Shown here: positions 29,292-39,646 of the stretch, one piece after another
Position numbering within the stretch: the stretch's first letter is position 1
How the letters are laid out: the number at the start of each line of letters is the position of its first letter
Assembly: GCA_902546085.1 (NCBI GenBank)
Contig: CACCIO010000003.1
Coordinates: 2,885-66,884 of the forward strand
Direction: 5' to 3'
Source of the DNA: an uncultured Pelagibacteraceae bacterium
GTDB lineage: Bacteria > Pseudomonadota > Alphaproteobacteria > Pelagibacterales > Pelagibacteraceae
Length of the DNA stretch: 64,000 bases
Position numbers and translations under genes: made by a program
The notes under the pieces: generated by a model
Told to the model about the DNA's origin: nothing
What the model saw: only the letters and a program-made list of their open reading frames with translations
Database searches by the model: none

Positions 29292-29574
29292 TTTTAAATT
29301 TTTCGTGATCCGCTGGTGGATCTTTTTTCTCACTTATATTGGGCCAGATTTCAGAGTATTTCTTGTTGATCTCTAACCATTTTTCACTACCAGGTTCAGT
29401 GTCTGCTTTAATGGCATCGACAGGACACTCTGGCTCACAAACGCCACAATCTATACACTCATCAGGTTTAATTACAAGCATATTTTTACCTTCGTAAAAG
29501 CAATCAACCGGGCAGACGTCAACACAGTCTGTTAGTTTGCACTTAATACAATTGTCGTTAACGATATATGTCAT
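29248..29574 (-). CDS. fdxA: 7Fe ferredoxin
   Basis: [33 protein letters not shown]. Confidence 0.95.
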   Translation of the reverse strand: MTYIVNDNCIKCKLTDCVDVCPVDCFYEGKNMLVIKPDECIDCGVCEPECPVDAIKADTEPGSEKWLEINKKYSEIWPNISEKKDPPADHEKFKNEQNKYEKYFKENL

Positions 29575-29981
29575 TTTGAATTATGTTTAATTTTTTCTTT
29601 AATATCTCCCATTGTTTTATTGTCAATATAAAGTAATCCCGCAAGTCGTCTCATTAAGTTAGTTTCATATATATCAGCATCTTTGTTTGAGTAAATGATA
29701 GACCATAAAGCCTCTACAATTTTAACTTTGTCTTTTTCAGGTAAATTTTTTACTTCTCTAGTAAAATCTAAAATTTGATTTGAGCTTTCCTCAATTTTTT
29801 TAGCTTCTTCAATTGTTTTAGAAATATTTTTATCTATTAAACCAAGCTCAATAAGTGTTTTTTTAATAATTTCTTCCTCTTCATCTGTGTAATTCTCGTC
29901 TATTTTAGCAGCATGAATTAATAAAGCACAAACTTTTGTTAGAAATTCATTATTTTTTACTTCTTCCTTTTTAAAAAACAT
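29571..29981 (-). CDS. TerB family protein
   Basis: ALL..AA.ID..Y...E, LW...Y.D....YE..L.RR.A.LL. Confidence 0.8.
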   Translation of the reverse strand: MFFKKEEVKNNEFLTKVCALLIHAAKIDENYTDEEEEIIKKTLIELGLIDKNISKTIEEAKKIEESSNQILDFTREVKNLPEKDKVKIVEALWSIIYSNKDADIYETNLMRRLAGLLYIDNKTMGDIKEKIKHNSK

Positions 29982-29982
29982 T

Positions 29983-32463
29983 TTAACTCAAATTTAAATT
30001 TTTTAATATTTTAAATGGGTTTTCATTTGAGATTTTCTTTGTGGTAATTTTTTTAAATTTCTTATTAGGTTTATATTTAAAAAATAATTCATTTCCTTTC
30101 TCAAATATTTTGTAATTCATTTTTTGAAGTAATTTTTTGAAATTATCTTTACTACATCCTAAAAGATTTAACATTTCTGGAACTAATTTTACTTCAGATT
30201 TTTCTTTTGATCTAGAATTCATTACTAATATAAATAATCTTTCCAAAATATCAATTCTAACAAAAAAATTGTCAAATTTTTCAAATCCGCACAAAAGCAT
30301 AAAGTTTTTATTTTTTATTTCTTTATCATCTAAAAAATTCAAACCAAAGGTAGGTGGTTTTAAATTATGAAATTTTTGATAAAAATTTTTCCATAATAAT
30401 GTTCGCAAAGAAACTGCTTCTGGCTTAATTAATTGATAAAGGAAAACATGATATCTTCCAAACTTTACCCCTAAGTCTCTAAGAATTTTTCTCTCATTTT
30501 GTTCTAGATTTTTTAAGTATTCAGAAACTTGGTCTCGTTTTAATACTCCATTATTTTCATAGAGTTGGTATGCCAGTGCTTTAATTGATGAATTATTTTC
30601 TTTTATATTTTTTAAATCAATTAAACTTTTAAGAACGTTATTTATTTTTGCATGTATCCACTTGTAAATGTAATCATTTAATTTTTGTTTAGTGTTTTGT
30701 TCAATAACATCATCAACGATTAAATCAAAATTAGGGTTTAAATAGTCATTACCTTGTGTTAATTTCGCAATTGGGAAATCATTCCAGTAAATTTTAAAGT
30801 CTTCATTCAAATTTATTAATCCTGTATCAATTATTGATTGAACACGTTTTTCTAATTCTGGACCAATAGTTTGTCTGGCAGCTTTCTTTAAAGATTTAAT
30901 ATCTGTTTCCAAAGCACCTTTTTTTAGATATAATTCTAGTTTTAGCCCTTTTATCTTTCCAATAAATTGATCATCAATTTTAACATCGTTGTTTTGTAAA
31001 ATTTCAGTTTTAAATTCCATATCTTGTTTCAAACCTCTAGCAAGAACACTTGCTCTTTTGTCAATAAAAGTTTTAGTAAGTTCTTCATGCAATCTGTCTG
31101 AAAGTCTATCTTCTAAGTGTTTAGTTTTTTCTATCCAATAACTTTGATTTTCTACCCAATTATTTTTATTTGAAACATATGACCAAGTTCTGACATTTGC
31201 AATTCTATTTGATAAAGAATCTACATTTCCATCTAATTTATCTAGTTTCATAAGCTGTAATCTCATATAATCTTCGGAAATTAGTCTTTTTTTGCTAGTT
31301 AAAAATTTAAATACATTCCCAATTACCTCAAAATGATTTCCGTAAGTTTTTTTAACAAAATCAGGTATTTGGCAACATTCCCATAAAAGCATTAAAGTTT
31401 TCTCATCAAATCCTATATTTAAAATTCTTTGATCTTTTAAAAAATATTTTAGTGCTTTTTCGTCCTCACATTCATGAATTTTTCTTAGCCATTCCACCTG
31501 AGGTTTTTCCTCTAAACTTTTAATTAAACTATATGGATTATTGAAATTAAGATTTGAATTTCTCCAAAACAAAGTTCTAATTTCTTCAAATTTATGATTT
31601 TCTAATAACTCTACTTCTTCTGGAGTTATTTCTTTGCAATCACCAGTAATACCAAAACTTCCATCGTTAAGGTACCTGCCAGCTCTACCTGCTATTTGAC
31701 CTATTTCAGATATATTTAATCTTCTTAATTTTCTTCCATCAAATTTCTTAATATTTGAAAAATAAACAAAATCTAAATCCATATTTATTCCCATTCCAAT
31801 AGCATCTGTTGCAACTAAAAAATCTACGTCACCAGATTGATATAATTCAACTTGAGCATTTCTTGTTTTTGGACTTAGTGACCCCATTACAATAGCAGCC
31901 CCACCCTTTTGTCTTCTTATTAACTCAGCAATGGCATAAACTTCCTCTGCTGAAAATGCAATTATTGCTGTTTTTCTGTTAATTCTTGATATTTTTTTAT
32001 GACCCGCGTAAGTAAGTTTAGATAGTCTTTCTCTATTTATGAATTCGATATCTCCATCTAATTTTGAGATAATATTTCTAATAGTACTTGAACCCATTAG
32101 CATTGTAAGTTTTTCACCTCTAATATTTAAAAGTCTATCGGTAAAAATATGACCTCTTTCGTGATCAGAGCACATTTGAATCTCATCCACTCCAACAAAG
32201 TCTAGATGTTTTTCAATTGGCATTGACTCCACCGTACATAAATAATATTTAGCGTTTGATGGAATTATTTTTTCTTCACCAGTTATAAGTGCAACTTTAT
32301 CTAAACTTATTTTCTTGATTACTTTGTCGTATACTTCCCTTGCAAGTAATCTAAGTGGAAATCCAATCATACCACTTTCAAAAGAAAGCATAGTTTCAAT
32401 AGCAAGATGGGTTTTACCTGTATTGGTAGGTCCTAGAACAGCTGTAATTTTTTTTTTAGTCAT
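29983..32463 (-). CDS. SUV3/MgpS-like superfamily II helicase
   Basis: LGPTNTGKT, DEIQ, ATDAIGMG.N, QIAGRAGR. Confidence 0.92.
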   Translation of the reverse strand: MTKKKITAVLGPTNTGKTHLAIETMLSFESGMIGFPLRLLAREVYDKVIKKISLDKVALITGEEKIIPSNAKYYLCTVESMPIEKHLDFVGVDEIQMCSDHERGHIFTDRLLNIRGEKLTMLMGSSTIRNIISKLDGDIEFINRERLSKLTYAGHKKISRINRKTAIIAFSAEEVYAIAELIRRQKGGAAIVMGSLSPKTRNAQVELYQSGDVDFLVATDAIGMGINMDLDFVYFSNIKKFDGRKLRRLNISEIGQIAGRAGRYLNDGSFGITGDCKEITPEEVELLENHKFEEIRTLFWRNSNLNFNNPYSLIKSLEEKPQVEWLRKIHECEDEKALKYFLKDQRILNIGFDEKTLMLLWECCQIPDFVKKTYGNHFEVIGNVFKFLTSKKRLISEDYMRLQLMKLDKLDGNVDSLSNRIANVRTWSYVSNKNNWVENQSYWIEKTKHLEDRLSDRLHEELTKTFIDKRASVLARGLKQDMEFKTEILQNNDVKIDDQFIGKIKGLKLELYLKKGALETDIKSLKKAARQTIGPELEKRVQSIIDTGLINLNEDFKIYWNDFPIAKLTQGNDYLNPNFDLIVDDVIEQNTKQKLNDYIYKWIHAKINNVLKSLIDLKNIKENNSSIKALAYQLYENNGVLKRDQVSEYLKNLEQNERKILRDLGVKFGRYHVFLYQLIKPEAVSLRTLLWKNFYQKFHNLKPPTFGLNFLDDKEIKNKNFMLLCGFEKFDNFFVRIDILERLFILVMNSRSKEKSEVKLVPEMLNLLGCSKDNFKKLLQKMNYKIFEKGNELFFKYKPNKKFKKITTKKISNENPFKILKNLNLS

Positions 32464-32635
32464 TTCTACTTTTTGTGCTTCTTTTTTTTTACCTACAAGA
32501 TATTGTTACTTGTAAAGAACAAAAATAGACTAAAACATGACCGAATCGAAGGGTAAAAAGTTCTCATTTTCTTTTAAATGCTAGTGAGATTATCATAAAA
32601 AGATTAATTCTATAACAGTATTTTAATTTAATAAA

Positions 32636-34597
32636 ATGAGTAAAAAACTTTGGCAACCTTCTCTAGTTTTAAAAAGAAATTCAAATTTATTCGCTTTTGA
32701 AAGTTACATTTCAAAAAAACTAAAAATAAAATTTAATAGAAATTATAAAAACTTGTTAAATTGGAGTATTAAAAATTCACCCGAATTTTGGACCAGATTT
32801 TGGGATTTTAGCAAAATTAAAGGAACTAAAAGTAAAAAAAAATTTAGAAAATCAAAAATTTTTTATAAAAATTTATTTTTACCAGGTAGTAAACTAAATT
32901 TTGGTGAAAATTTATTATCAAAAAATAATAAAGAAAAAGCAGTAACCTTTATTAGTGAAAATGGATTTAGAGAAGAAAAATCGTGGAGACAATTAAACTT
33001 AAATACTAATAAAATTTCAAAATTTTTAAAAAAAATAAATATTAAAAAAGGAGATAGAGTAGCAGCCTATATGCCTAATACTATTGAAACTGTCGAGGCA
33101 TTCATTGCTACAACTTCTTTGGGAGGAATTTGGTCATCTTGTAGTCCTGATTTTGGTTCTAAAGGTGTTATAGAGAGATTTTCTCAAATTAATCCAAAAG
33201 TTTTATTCATCACTGATCAATATTTTTATAATGGAAAAAAAATAAATGTTTTAAAAAGACTTCCAGAGATTTTAAAATCAATACCATCAATTAAAAGTGT
33301 TGTTATTAGTAGCTATCCTGGAAAAAAGTTTATTAAGAATAAAAATAGATTTAAAAAAATTAATTTATTTAAATGGAATAAATTAATGCAAACTAATTAC
33401 GAAAAAATGAATTTTAAAAGATTTGATTTTGAAACAGAGTTAGCAATATTATATTCAAGTGGAACTACTGGAAAACCCAAATGTATTTGTCACAGATCTG
33501 GTGGCGTTTTAATCCAGCACATGAAGGAACATCAATTACATTGTAATATTAAAGAAAATGATAACGTTTTTTATTTTACGACATGTGGATGGATGATGTG
33601 GAATTGGTTAGTCAGTTCATTGGCTTCTAGAGCTTCTATTGTTCTGTTTGATGGATATCCAATGTTTAAATCGTCTGATTTGCTTTTGAAAATAGCACAA
33701 AGAGAAAAAATAACTTTATTCGGAATAAGCGCGAAGTATGTAGATGCTTTAAGAAAGTTTAAACCAAAACTAAAATATAAATTTAAACTAAATAAATTAA
33801 GAACAATTTGTTCAACAGGCTCACCTCTTTCAGAAGAGAGTTTTAAGTATGTTTACAAGCACATTAAAAAAAATGTACACTTGTCATCAATTTCTGGTGG
33901 TACCGACATTGTTTCATGTTTTGTATTAGGAAATTTATATCAGTCAGTAAATATAGGAGAAATACAAAACAAAGGTTTGGCTCTAGATGTAGATGTTTTA
34001 AGTGATAAAGGGAAGTCTTTAAAAAATATTAAAGGAGAGCTTGTTTGTAAAAATCCTTTTCCATCAATGCCTTTAAAGTTTTGGAATGATAAAAATGATA
34101 TGAAATTTAAGAATGCATATTTTAATAAATTTAAAAATATATGGCATCATGGTGATTATGCAGAAATAAAGAATAATGGTGGGTATATAATTCATGGAAG
34201 ATCAGATACCACCTTAAATCCAGGAGGTGCTCGACTTGGAACAGCAGAGATATATTCAGAGGTTGAGAAGTTTAAAGAAATAAAAGAATCTATCGTTGTA
34301 GGACAATCTTGGGATAATGATATTAGAATAGTTTTATTTATTGTAATGAGCAAAAATTTTCTATTAACAACAAAATTAATTAATAAGATAAAATCACAAA
34401 TAAAAAAAAATGCGTCTCCAAGACATGTTCCAAAAAAAATTATTGTTGTTAAAGATATTCCTCGAACAAAAAGTGGTAAAATAGTTGAGCTAGCGGTTAA
34501 AAGTAAGATAGAAGGAAGTCAAATCAAAAACATTGAAGCTTTAGCAAATCCCGAAGCTCTCGAACAATATAGTAATTTAAAAGAACTAAATACATAA
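32636..34597 (+). CDS. Acetoacetate--CoA ligase
   Basis: LWQPS, WSSCSPDFG, YSSGTTGKPKCI.H, TTCGWMMWNW, GRSD.TLNPGG.R.GTAEIY. Confidence 0.93.
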   Translation: MSKKLWQPSLVLKRNSNLFAFESYISKKLKIKFNRNYKNLLNWSIKNSPEFWTRFWDFSKIKGTKSKKKFRKSKIFYKNLFLPGSKLNFGENLLSKNNKEKAVTFISENGFREEKSWRQLNLNTNKISKFLKKINIKKGDRVAAYMPNTIETVEAFIATTSLGGIWSSCSPDFGSKGVIERFSQINPKVLFITDQYFYNGKKINVLKRLPEILKSIPSIKSVVISSYPGKKFIKNKNRFKKINLFKWNKLMQTNYEKMNFKRFDFETELAILYSSGTTGKPKCICHRSGGVLIQHMKEHQLHCNIKENDNVFYFTTCGWMMWNWLVSSLASRASIVLFDGYPMFKSSDLLLKIAQREKITLFGISAKYVDALRKFKPKLKYKFKLNKLRTICSTGSPLSEESFKYVYKHIKKNVHLSSISGGTDIVSCFVLGNLYQSVNIGEIQNKGLALDVDVLSDKGKSLKNIKGELVCKNPFPSMPLKFWNDKNDMKFKNAYFNKFKNIWHHGDYAEIKNNGGYIIHGRSDTTLNPGGARLGTAEIYSEVEKFKEIKESIVVGQSWDNDIRIVLFIVMSKNFLLTTKLINKIKSQIKKNASPRHVPKKIIVVKDIPRTKSGKIVELAVKSKIEGSQIKNIEALANPEALEQYSNLKELNT

Positions 34598-34607
34598 ATA
34601 TAAAAAA

Positions 34608-35033
34608 TTAACCTCCAGGTCCCAAATTAGAAGGTTTTATTTTTATAATTTTCCACACACCAGATGCAGAAGTTATAATTTTATCATTACATCTTAGTTC
34701 ACAAAATAAAAAGACAAGAGTATTTGTTTTTTTTAAAATTTTTGTATAACCAATAATTTCATCTCTAACTTTTGAGGCACCAATAAATTTTATATCTAAT
34801 GAAATTGTAACACATGGAGCATTTCCAGCCGCTCTATGTGCAGCTGTTCCTGCGCCTGCATCTATCAATGCAGACAAATAGCCTCCGTGGGTAATTCCGG
34901 CAGCATTTAAATGATTTTCATTAATTAAAGACTTAAATTCGTATTCATTTTCTGAAATAGATCTAAACAAAACACCCCCATTGTGTTTCATAAATCCAGG
35001 TTTAATACTTATTTGCTCAAATTTATTACTCAT
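34608..35033 (-). CDS. PaaI-family thioesterase
   Basis: HLN..G..HGG....L.D, CVT.SL...F. Confidence 0.88.
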   Translation of the reverse strand: MSNKFEQISIKPGFMKHNGGVLFRSISENEYEFKSLINENHLNAAGITHGGYLSALIDAGAGTAAHRAAGNAPCVTISLDIKFIGASKVRDEIIGYTKILKKTNTLVFLFCELRCNDKIITSASGVWKIIKIKPSNLGPGG

Positions 35034-35039
35034 AATTTT

Positions 35040-35138
35040 TTATAATATAAAAGTTAAGATTAATAAAATAATTAAAATAATAATAAAAAAATATATTACT
35101 GATTTTTGTAAGGATGCTTTTAAAAGCCAATCAAACAT
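35040..35138 (-). CDS. 32-aa single-TM small protein (not in ORF track)
   Basis: Manual translation MFDWLLKASLQKSVIYFFIIILIILLILTFIL; AGGAAG RBS upstream; fills the gap between tRNA-Arg and PaaI. Confidence 0.6.
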   Translation of the reverse strand: MFDWLLKASLQKSVIYFFIIILIILLILTFIL

Positions 35139-35152
35139 TATTACTTCCTATT

Positions 35153-35229
35153 TGGTGGACCGCCCAGAACTCGAATCTGGAATCTCCCGGTTCGTAGCCG
35201 AGCGCCTTATCCAATTTGGCCAGCGGTCC
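35153..35229 (-). tRNA. tRNA-Arg(ACG)
   Basis: Reverse complement: acceptor ggaccgc/gcggtcc, anticodon arm ctcgg-ctACGaa-ccggg, D-loop GGA (A20), encoded CCA. Confidence 0.95.
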
Positions 35230-35302
35230 ATTAAAATAATATACTCCATATATCAAAGTTTTTGATGTAATTTAACTTATAAAATATTAAGTTAATTATT
35301 TT

Positions 35303-36490
35303 ATGATCAAAAAACCTTACGATGTTGTAATTACATCTGCGCTACGAACTCCAATAGGAAGATATAAAGGATCATTAAAGAATCTTAGTGCATCAAAATT
35401 AGGGTCAATAGTAATTAAAGAGGTAATTTATAAATCAAAATTAGATGTAGAGGAGATAGATGAAGTAATCATGGGGCATGTTTTAACATCTGGACTTGGC
35501 CAAAATCCTGCTAGACAAGCATCAGTTGGAGCTGGAGTACCAGTTTCAAAACCTGCTCATATTATCAATCAAGTTTGTGGATCTGGATTAAGATCTGTTG
35601 TTTCTGGTTATCAATCAATCAGCTTAGGAGAAAATCAAATAGTTGTTGCAGGTGGTCAAGAAAATATGTCAAGCGCAACTCATGCAATTTACTATAGAGA
35701 AGATAAAAAATTTTCTGAAAAAAAATTAGTAGATACGATGATAAAAGATGGTCTATTAGATTCATTTAATGATTATCATATGGGTGTTACAGCTGAGAAC
35801 GTTGCTGAGAAATATAAAATTTCAAGAGATGAACAAGATGATTTTTCTTTAAATTCTCAGAAGAAAACAGAAAAAGCATATAGTGAAAATAAATTTCAAG
35901 ATGAGCTGATTAAATTACAAATTGAAGACGGAGATAAAAAATTTATTTTTGAAAAAGACGAACATCCTAGAGAAAATTTAAGTATAGATGATTTAAAAAA
36001 ATTAAAAACAGTTTTTAAAGAAAATGGGACTGTAACACCTGGAAATTCCTCAGGAATAAATGATGGTGCTGCAGCCTTAGTTTTGATGTCTAGGGAGCAA
36101 GCAGAAAAAAAATCATTAGATCCATTGGTTAAAATTGTATCTTGGGCTACTTGTGGGGTTGAACCTTCATTAATGGGATTGGGACCTATACCTTCAATTC
36201 AGGAAGCTTTATTTAAAGCAAATTGGAAAATAGATGAAGTAGACTTATTTGAAATTAATGAGGCATTTGCAGCACAAAGTATAGCAGTAGTTAAAGAATT
36301 AAAAATTTCTGAAAAAAAAATTAATGTTAATGGAGGAGCAATAGCTTTAGGTCATCCAATTGGAGCTTCTGGGGCAAGAATTTTGGTTACACTCGTCCAT
36401 GAAATGATTAAGCAAGATAAAAAAAAAGGTTGTGCGGCACTCTGTATTGGTGGAGGTATGGGGATAGCTATGTGTATTGAGAGAAGCTAA
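35303..36490 (+). CDS. Acetyl-CoA C-acetyltransferase (thiolase II)
   Basis: GQNPARQA, NQVCGSG, NEAFAAQ, GGAIALGHPIGASGAR, LCIGGGMG. Confidence 0.96.
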   Translation: MIKKPYDVVITSALRTPIGRYKGSLKNLSASKLGSIVIKEVIYKSKLDVEEIDEVIMGHVLTSGLGQNPARQASVGAGVPVSKPAHIINQVCGSGLRSVVSGYQSISLGENQIVVAGGQENMSSATHAIYYREDKKFSEKKLVDTMIKDGLLDSFNDYHMGVTAENVAEKYKISRDEQDDFSLNSQKKTEKAYSENKFQDELIKLQIEDGDKKFIFEKDEHPRENLSIDDLKKLKTVFKENGTVTPGNSSGINDGAAALVLMSREQAEKKSLDPLVKIVSWATCGVEPSLMGLGPIPSIQEALFKANWKIDEVDLFEINEAFAAQSIAVVKELKISEKKINVNGGAIALGHPIGASGARILVTLVHEMIKQDKKKGCAALCIGGGMGIAMCIERS

Positions 36491-36619
36491 AAAGCTTAAT
36501 ATTCATTTTTTTTTTTATTTTTTGTATAATAAAAATGCGAGATTAACGAAAAAACCTTATTAATGTGATAAAATAAAATTCAATAATGTTTTTTTGGGTA
36601 TATAAAACGTTTTAAAAAA

Positions 36620-39600
36620 ATGAGCGAAAAATTACTTGTTCCTGACATTGGTGACTTTGAAAATGTTGAGGTTATAGAAATACTTGTAAAACCTGGTGAT
36701 CAAATTAAACAAAATGATCCAATAGTCACAATTGAAAGTGATAAATCAAGTGTTGAAATTCCTTCTACCGTCGCTGGAAAAGTAGATAGTTTAGCAGTTA
36801 AAGTTGGTGATAAAGTTTCTAAAGGAGATTTGTTGCTAAATCTTACATCATTATCAAAAACACCATCAGAAAGCACTCTTCCAAAAGATACAGAAAATAT
36901 AATTAAACAAGCTGAAGAAGCAATGGTTGAAAAAAAAATTATATCTGAACCTATAATTGAAAAAAAACAATCTACAATTCAAGTAGTTAATGGGGCTGAT
37001 ATTGATCCACTTGAAACTCAAGATTGGTTGGAATCTTTATCTGCAGTTATTTCAAAAGATGGAAATCAAAGAGCTCATTTTTTAATTAAAGAACTAATTA
37101 ACAAAGCTTATCGTGAAGGAGCAAATATTCCTTATACTCAAAATACACCATACATTAATACAATACCTCCCGAGGCTGAAGTAAAGTCTGGAGGCGATCA
37201 AAATATTGAGAGAAGAATTAGATCATTAATTAGATGGAACGCAGCAGCAATGGTGGTTCGAGCAAATAAAAAATACCCTGAGCTTGGTGGACACATTGGT
37301 ACATTTGCATCTGCTGCAACATTATATGATGTTGGGATGAATCATTTTTGGAGAGCAAAAAATAATAAATTTGGTGGAGATTTAATTTATTTTCAAGGAC
37401 ATAGCGCTCCAGGAATGTATGCGAGGGCATTCCTAGAGGGTAGATTAAATGAAAAACAATTAGACAGTTTTAGACAAGAGGTAAAACCTGGAGGTCTATC
37501 ATCATATCCACACCCATGGTTGATGCCAAAATTTTGGCAGTTTCCTACAGTATCAATGGGTTTAGGTCCTATGCTTGCTATATATCAAGCTAGATACATG
37601 AAATATTTAATCAATAGAGGTTTGATTAAAGATGAGGGAAGAAAGGTATGGGCTTTTTTAGGTGATGGGGAGATGGATGAACCGGAGTCAATGGGAGCCA
37701 TTGGATTGGCTGCAAGAGAAAATTTAGATAATTTAATATTTGTAATTAATTGCAATCTTCAAAGATTGGATGGTCCAGTTAGAGGTAACGGAAAAATAAT
37801 TCAAGAGCTTGAGGGAAGTTTCAGAGGATCTGGCTGGAACGTTTTAAAAGTTATTTGGGGATCATATTGGGATTCGTTGCTTGCTAATGATAAAACTGGT
37901 CACTTAATAAAAATTATGAACGAGACAGTAGATGGTGAGTACCAAGCAATGAAAGCAAGAGACGGTGCTTATGTAAGAGACAAGTTTTTTGGTAAATCTC
38001 CTGAAACATTAGAATTAGTTTCAAGCATGTCAGATACAGATATATGGAGACTTAATAGAGGTGGTCACGATCCTCACAAAGTTTTTGCTGCATATGATAA
38101 AGCGACTAAACATCAAGGGAGCCCAACAGTGATAATTGCAAAAACTATCAAAGGTTATGGAATGGGAAAATCAGGAGAAAGTGTAAATACCACTCACCAA
38201 ACAAAAAAGTTAGATGTAGACGACTTGATGTACTATAGAGATCGATTTGATGTTCCCTTAACAGATGAACAGGTGAGAAATATTGAATACTTTAGGCCTG
38301 ACGAAAATTCTACAGAAATAAAATATATAAAAGAAAGAAGAATTAAATTAGGTGGATATTTACCTGAACGTTCGACTTTCGCTAAACCAATCAAAGCACC
38401 CTCAAAAGATATTTTTGATTTTATGAAAGTTTCAACTGGTGAAAAAGAAATGTCTACTACTATGGCACTTGTAAGAATATTAACAAATTTATTAAGGGAT
38501 AAAAATATATCTCCTAGACTGGTTCCTATTATTCCTGACGAAGCAAGAACATTTGGTATGGAAGGATTTTTTCAAAAAATAGGAATTTATGCACATGAAG
38601 GACAAAAATATGAACCTGAGGATGCAGCTCAATTAAGTTCTTATAGAGAAGATAAAAGTGGACAAGTTTTAGAGGAAGGTATTAATGAAGCTGGTGCAAT
38701 GTCTTCATGGATAGCTGCTGCAACAGCATATACTAATCATGATATCGAAATGATTCCTATTTATATCTTTTATTCAATGTTTGGATTTCAAAGAGTAGGA
38801 GATTTAGCTTGGGCGGCTGGGGACAGCCAGGCTAGAGGATTTTTAGTTGGTGCAACAGCTGGAAGAACAACTCTAGCAGGTGAGGGCTTGCAACACCAGG
38901 ATGGACATAGTCATTTAATTGCATCGACCATTCCGAATTGTGTTACTTACGATCCTACTTTTCATTATGAATTAGCAGTAATTTTTCGAGAAGGTCTAAG
39001 AAGAATGCATGAAAAAAATGAGAATGTTTTCTATTATATTACAACAATGAATGAAAATTATTCACACCCAGAAATGCCGAAAGATAAATATTGTGAGGAA
39101 GGAATTCTAAAGGGCATGTATAAAATAAAAGAATTTAACAAATACAAAAAAACTAAAATCCAGCTTTTAGGATCAGGTACAATCTTAAGGGAAATGATAT
39201 CTGCTGCAGAAATTTTACAAAATGATTATCAAATTGACAGTGAAATATGGAGTGTAACAAGTTTTAATGAATTAAGAAAAGATGGAATGGAAGTAGAAAG
39301 ATATAATCTTTTGAACCCAGATAAAGAACCTAAAAAATCTTATGTTGAGCAATGCCTAGGTCAAGCAGAAGGTCCAATTATGGCTGCATCTGATTACATG
39401 AGAATGAATTCAGATCAAATCAGACCTTATACTAATAAAAGTTTTTATTCATTAGGAGCAGATGGTTTTGGAAGAAGTGATACAAGAAAAAATTTAAGAA
39501 AATTTTTTGAGGTAGATAAAGAACATTTGGTTGCTTATGGTTTAAGTATTTTAGCAAAAGAACAGCTTATTACTTCTAAACATGCAAGAGATGCAATCAA

Positions 39601-39646
39601 GAAGTATAATATTGATACCAACAAACCAATGCCAACAAAATTATAA
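36620..39646 (+). CDS. aceE: Pyruvate dehydrogenase E1 (homodimeric AceE type) with N-terminal lipoyl domain
   Basis: N-terminal IESDKSSVEIPS lipoyl motif; DIDP.ET..W, GDGEMDEPES, RGGHDP, GEGLQHQDGHS. Confidence 0.96.
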   Translation: MSEKLLVPDIGDFENVEVIEILVKPGDQIKQNDPIVTIESDKSSVEIPSTVAGKVDSLAVKVGDKVSKGDLLLNLTSLSKTPSESTLPKDTENIIKQAEEAMVEKKIISEPIIEKKQSTIQVVNGADIDPLETQDWLESLSAVISKDGNQRAHFLIKELINKAYREGANIPYTQNTPYINTIPPEAEVKSGGDQNIERRIRSLIRWNAAAMVVRANKKYPELGGHIGTFASAATLYDVGMNHFWRAKNNKFGGDLIYFQGHSAPGMYARAFLEGRLNEKQLDSFRQEVKPGGLSSYPHPWLMPKFWQFPTVSMGLGPMLAIYQARYMKYLINRGLIKDEGRKVWAFLGDGEMDEPESMGAIGLAARENLDNLIFVINCNLQRLDGPVRGNGKIIQELEGSFRGSGWNVLKVIWGSYWDSLLANDKTGHLIKIMNETVDGEYQAMKARDGAYVRDKFFGKSPETLELVSSMSDTDIWRLNRGGHDPHKVFAAYDKATKHQGSPTVIIAKTIKGYGMGKSGESVNTTHQTKKLDVDDLMYYRDRFDVPLTDEQVRNIEYFRPDENSTEIKYIKERRIKLGGYLPERSTFAKPIKAPSKDIFDFMKVSTGEKEMSTTMALVRILTNLLRDKNISPRLVPIIPDEARTFGMEGFFQKIGIYAHEGQKYEPEDAAQLSSYREDKSGQVLEEGINEAGAMSSWIAAATAYTNHDIEMIPIYIFYSMFGFQRVGDLAWAAGDSQARGFLVGATAGRTTLAGEGLQHQDGHSHLIASTIPNCVTYDPTFHYELAVIFREGLRRMHEKNENVFYYITTMNENYSHPEMPKDKYCEEGILKGMYKIKEFNKYKKTKIQLLGSGTILREMISAAEILQNDYQIDSEIWSVTSFNELRKDGMEVERYNLLNPDKEPKKSYVEQCLGQAEGPIMAASDYMRMNSDQIRPYTNKSFYSLGADGFGRSDTRKNLRKFFEVDKEHLVAYGLSILAKEQLITSKHARDAIKKYNIDTNKPMPTKL

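Noticed and set aside
32636-34597. Lys-richness of the acetoacetate ligase, LysA, MutM and hydrolases as histone-like features
   Set aside because: Scattered Lys/Asn enrichment is explained by AT mutational bias; it lacks the KKA repeat structure of the mini-protein
34981-35265. 94-aa + strand ORF in the track
   Set aside because: Antisense to tRNA-Arg, the small TM ORF and PaaI; the 'VDRPELESG' stretch is just the tRNA reverse complement
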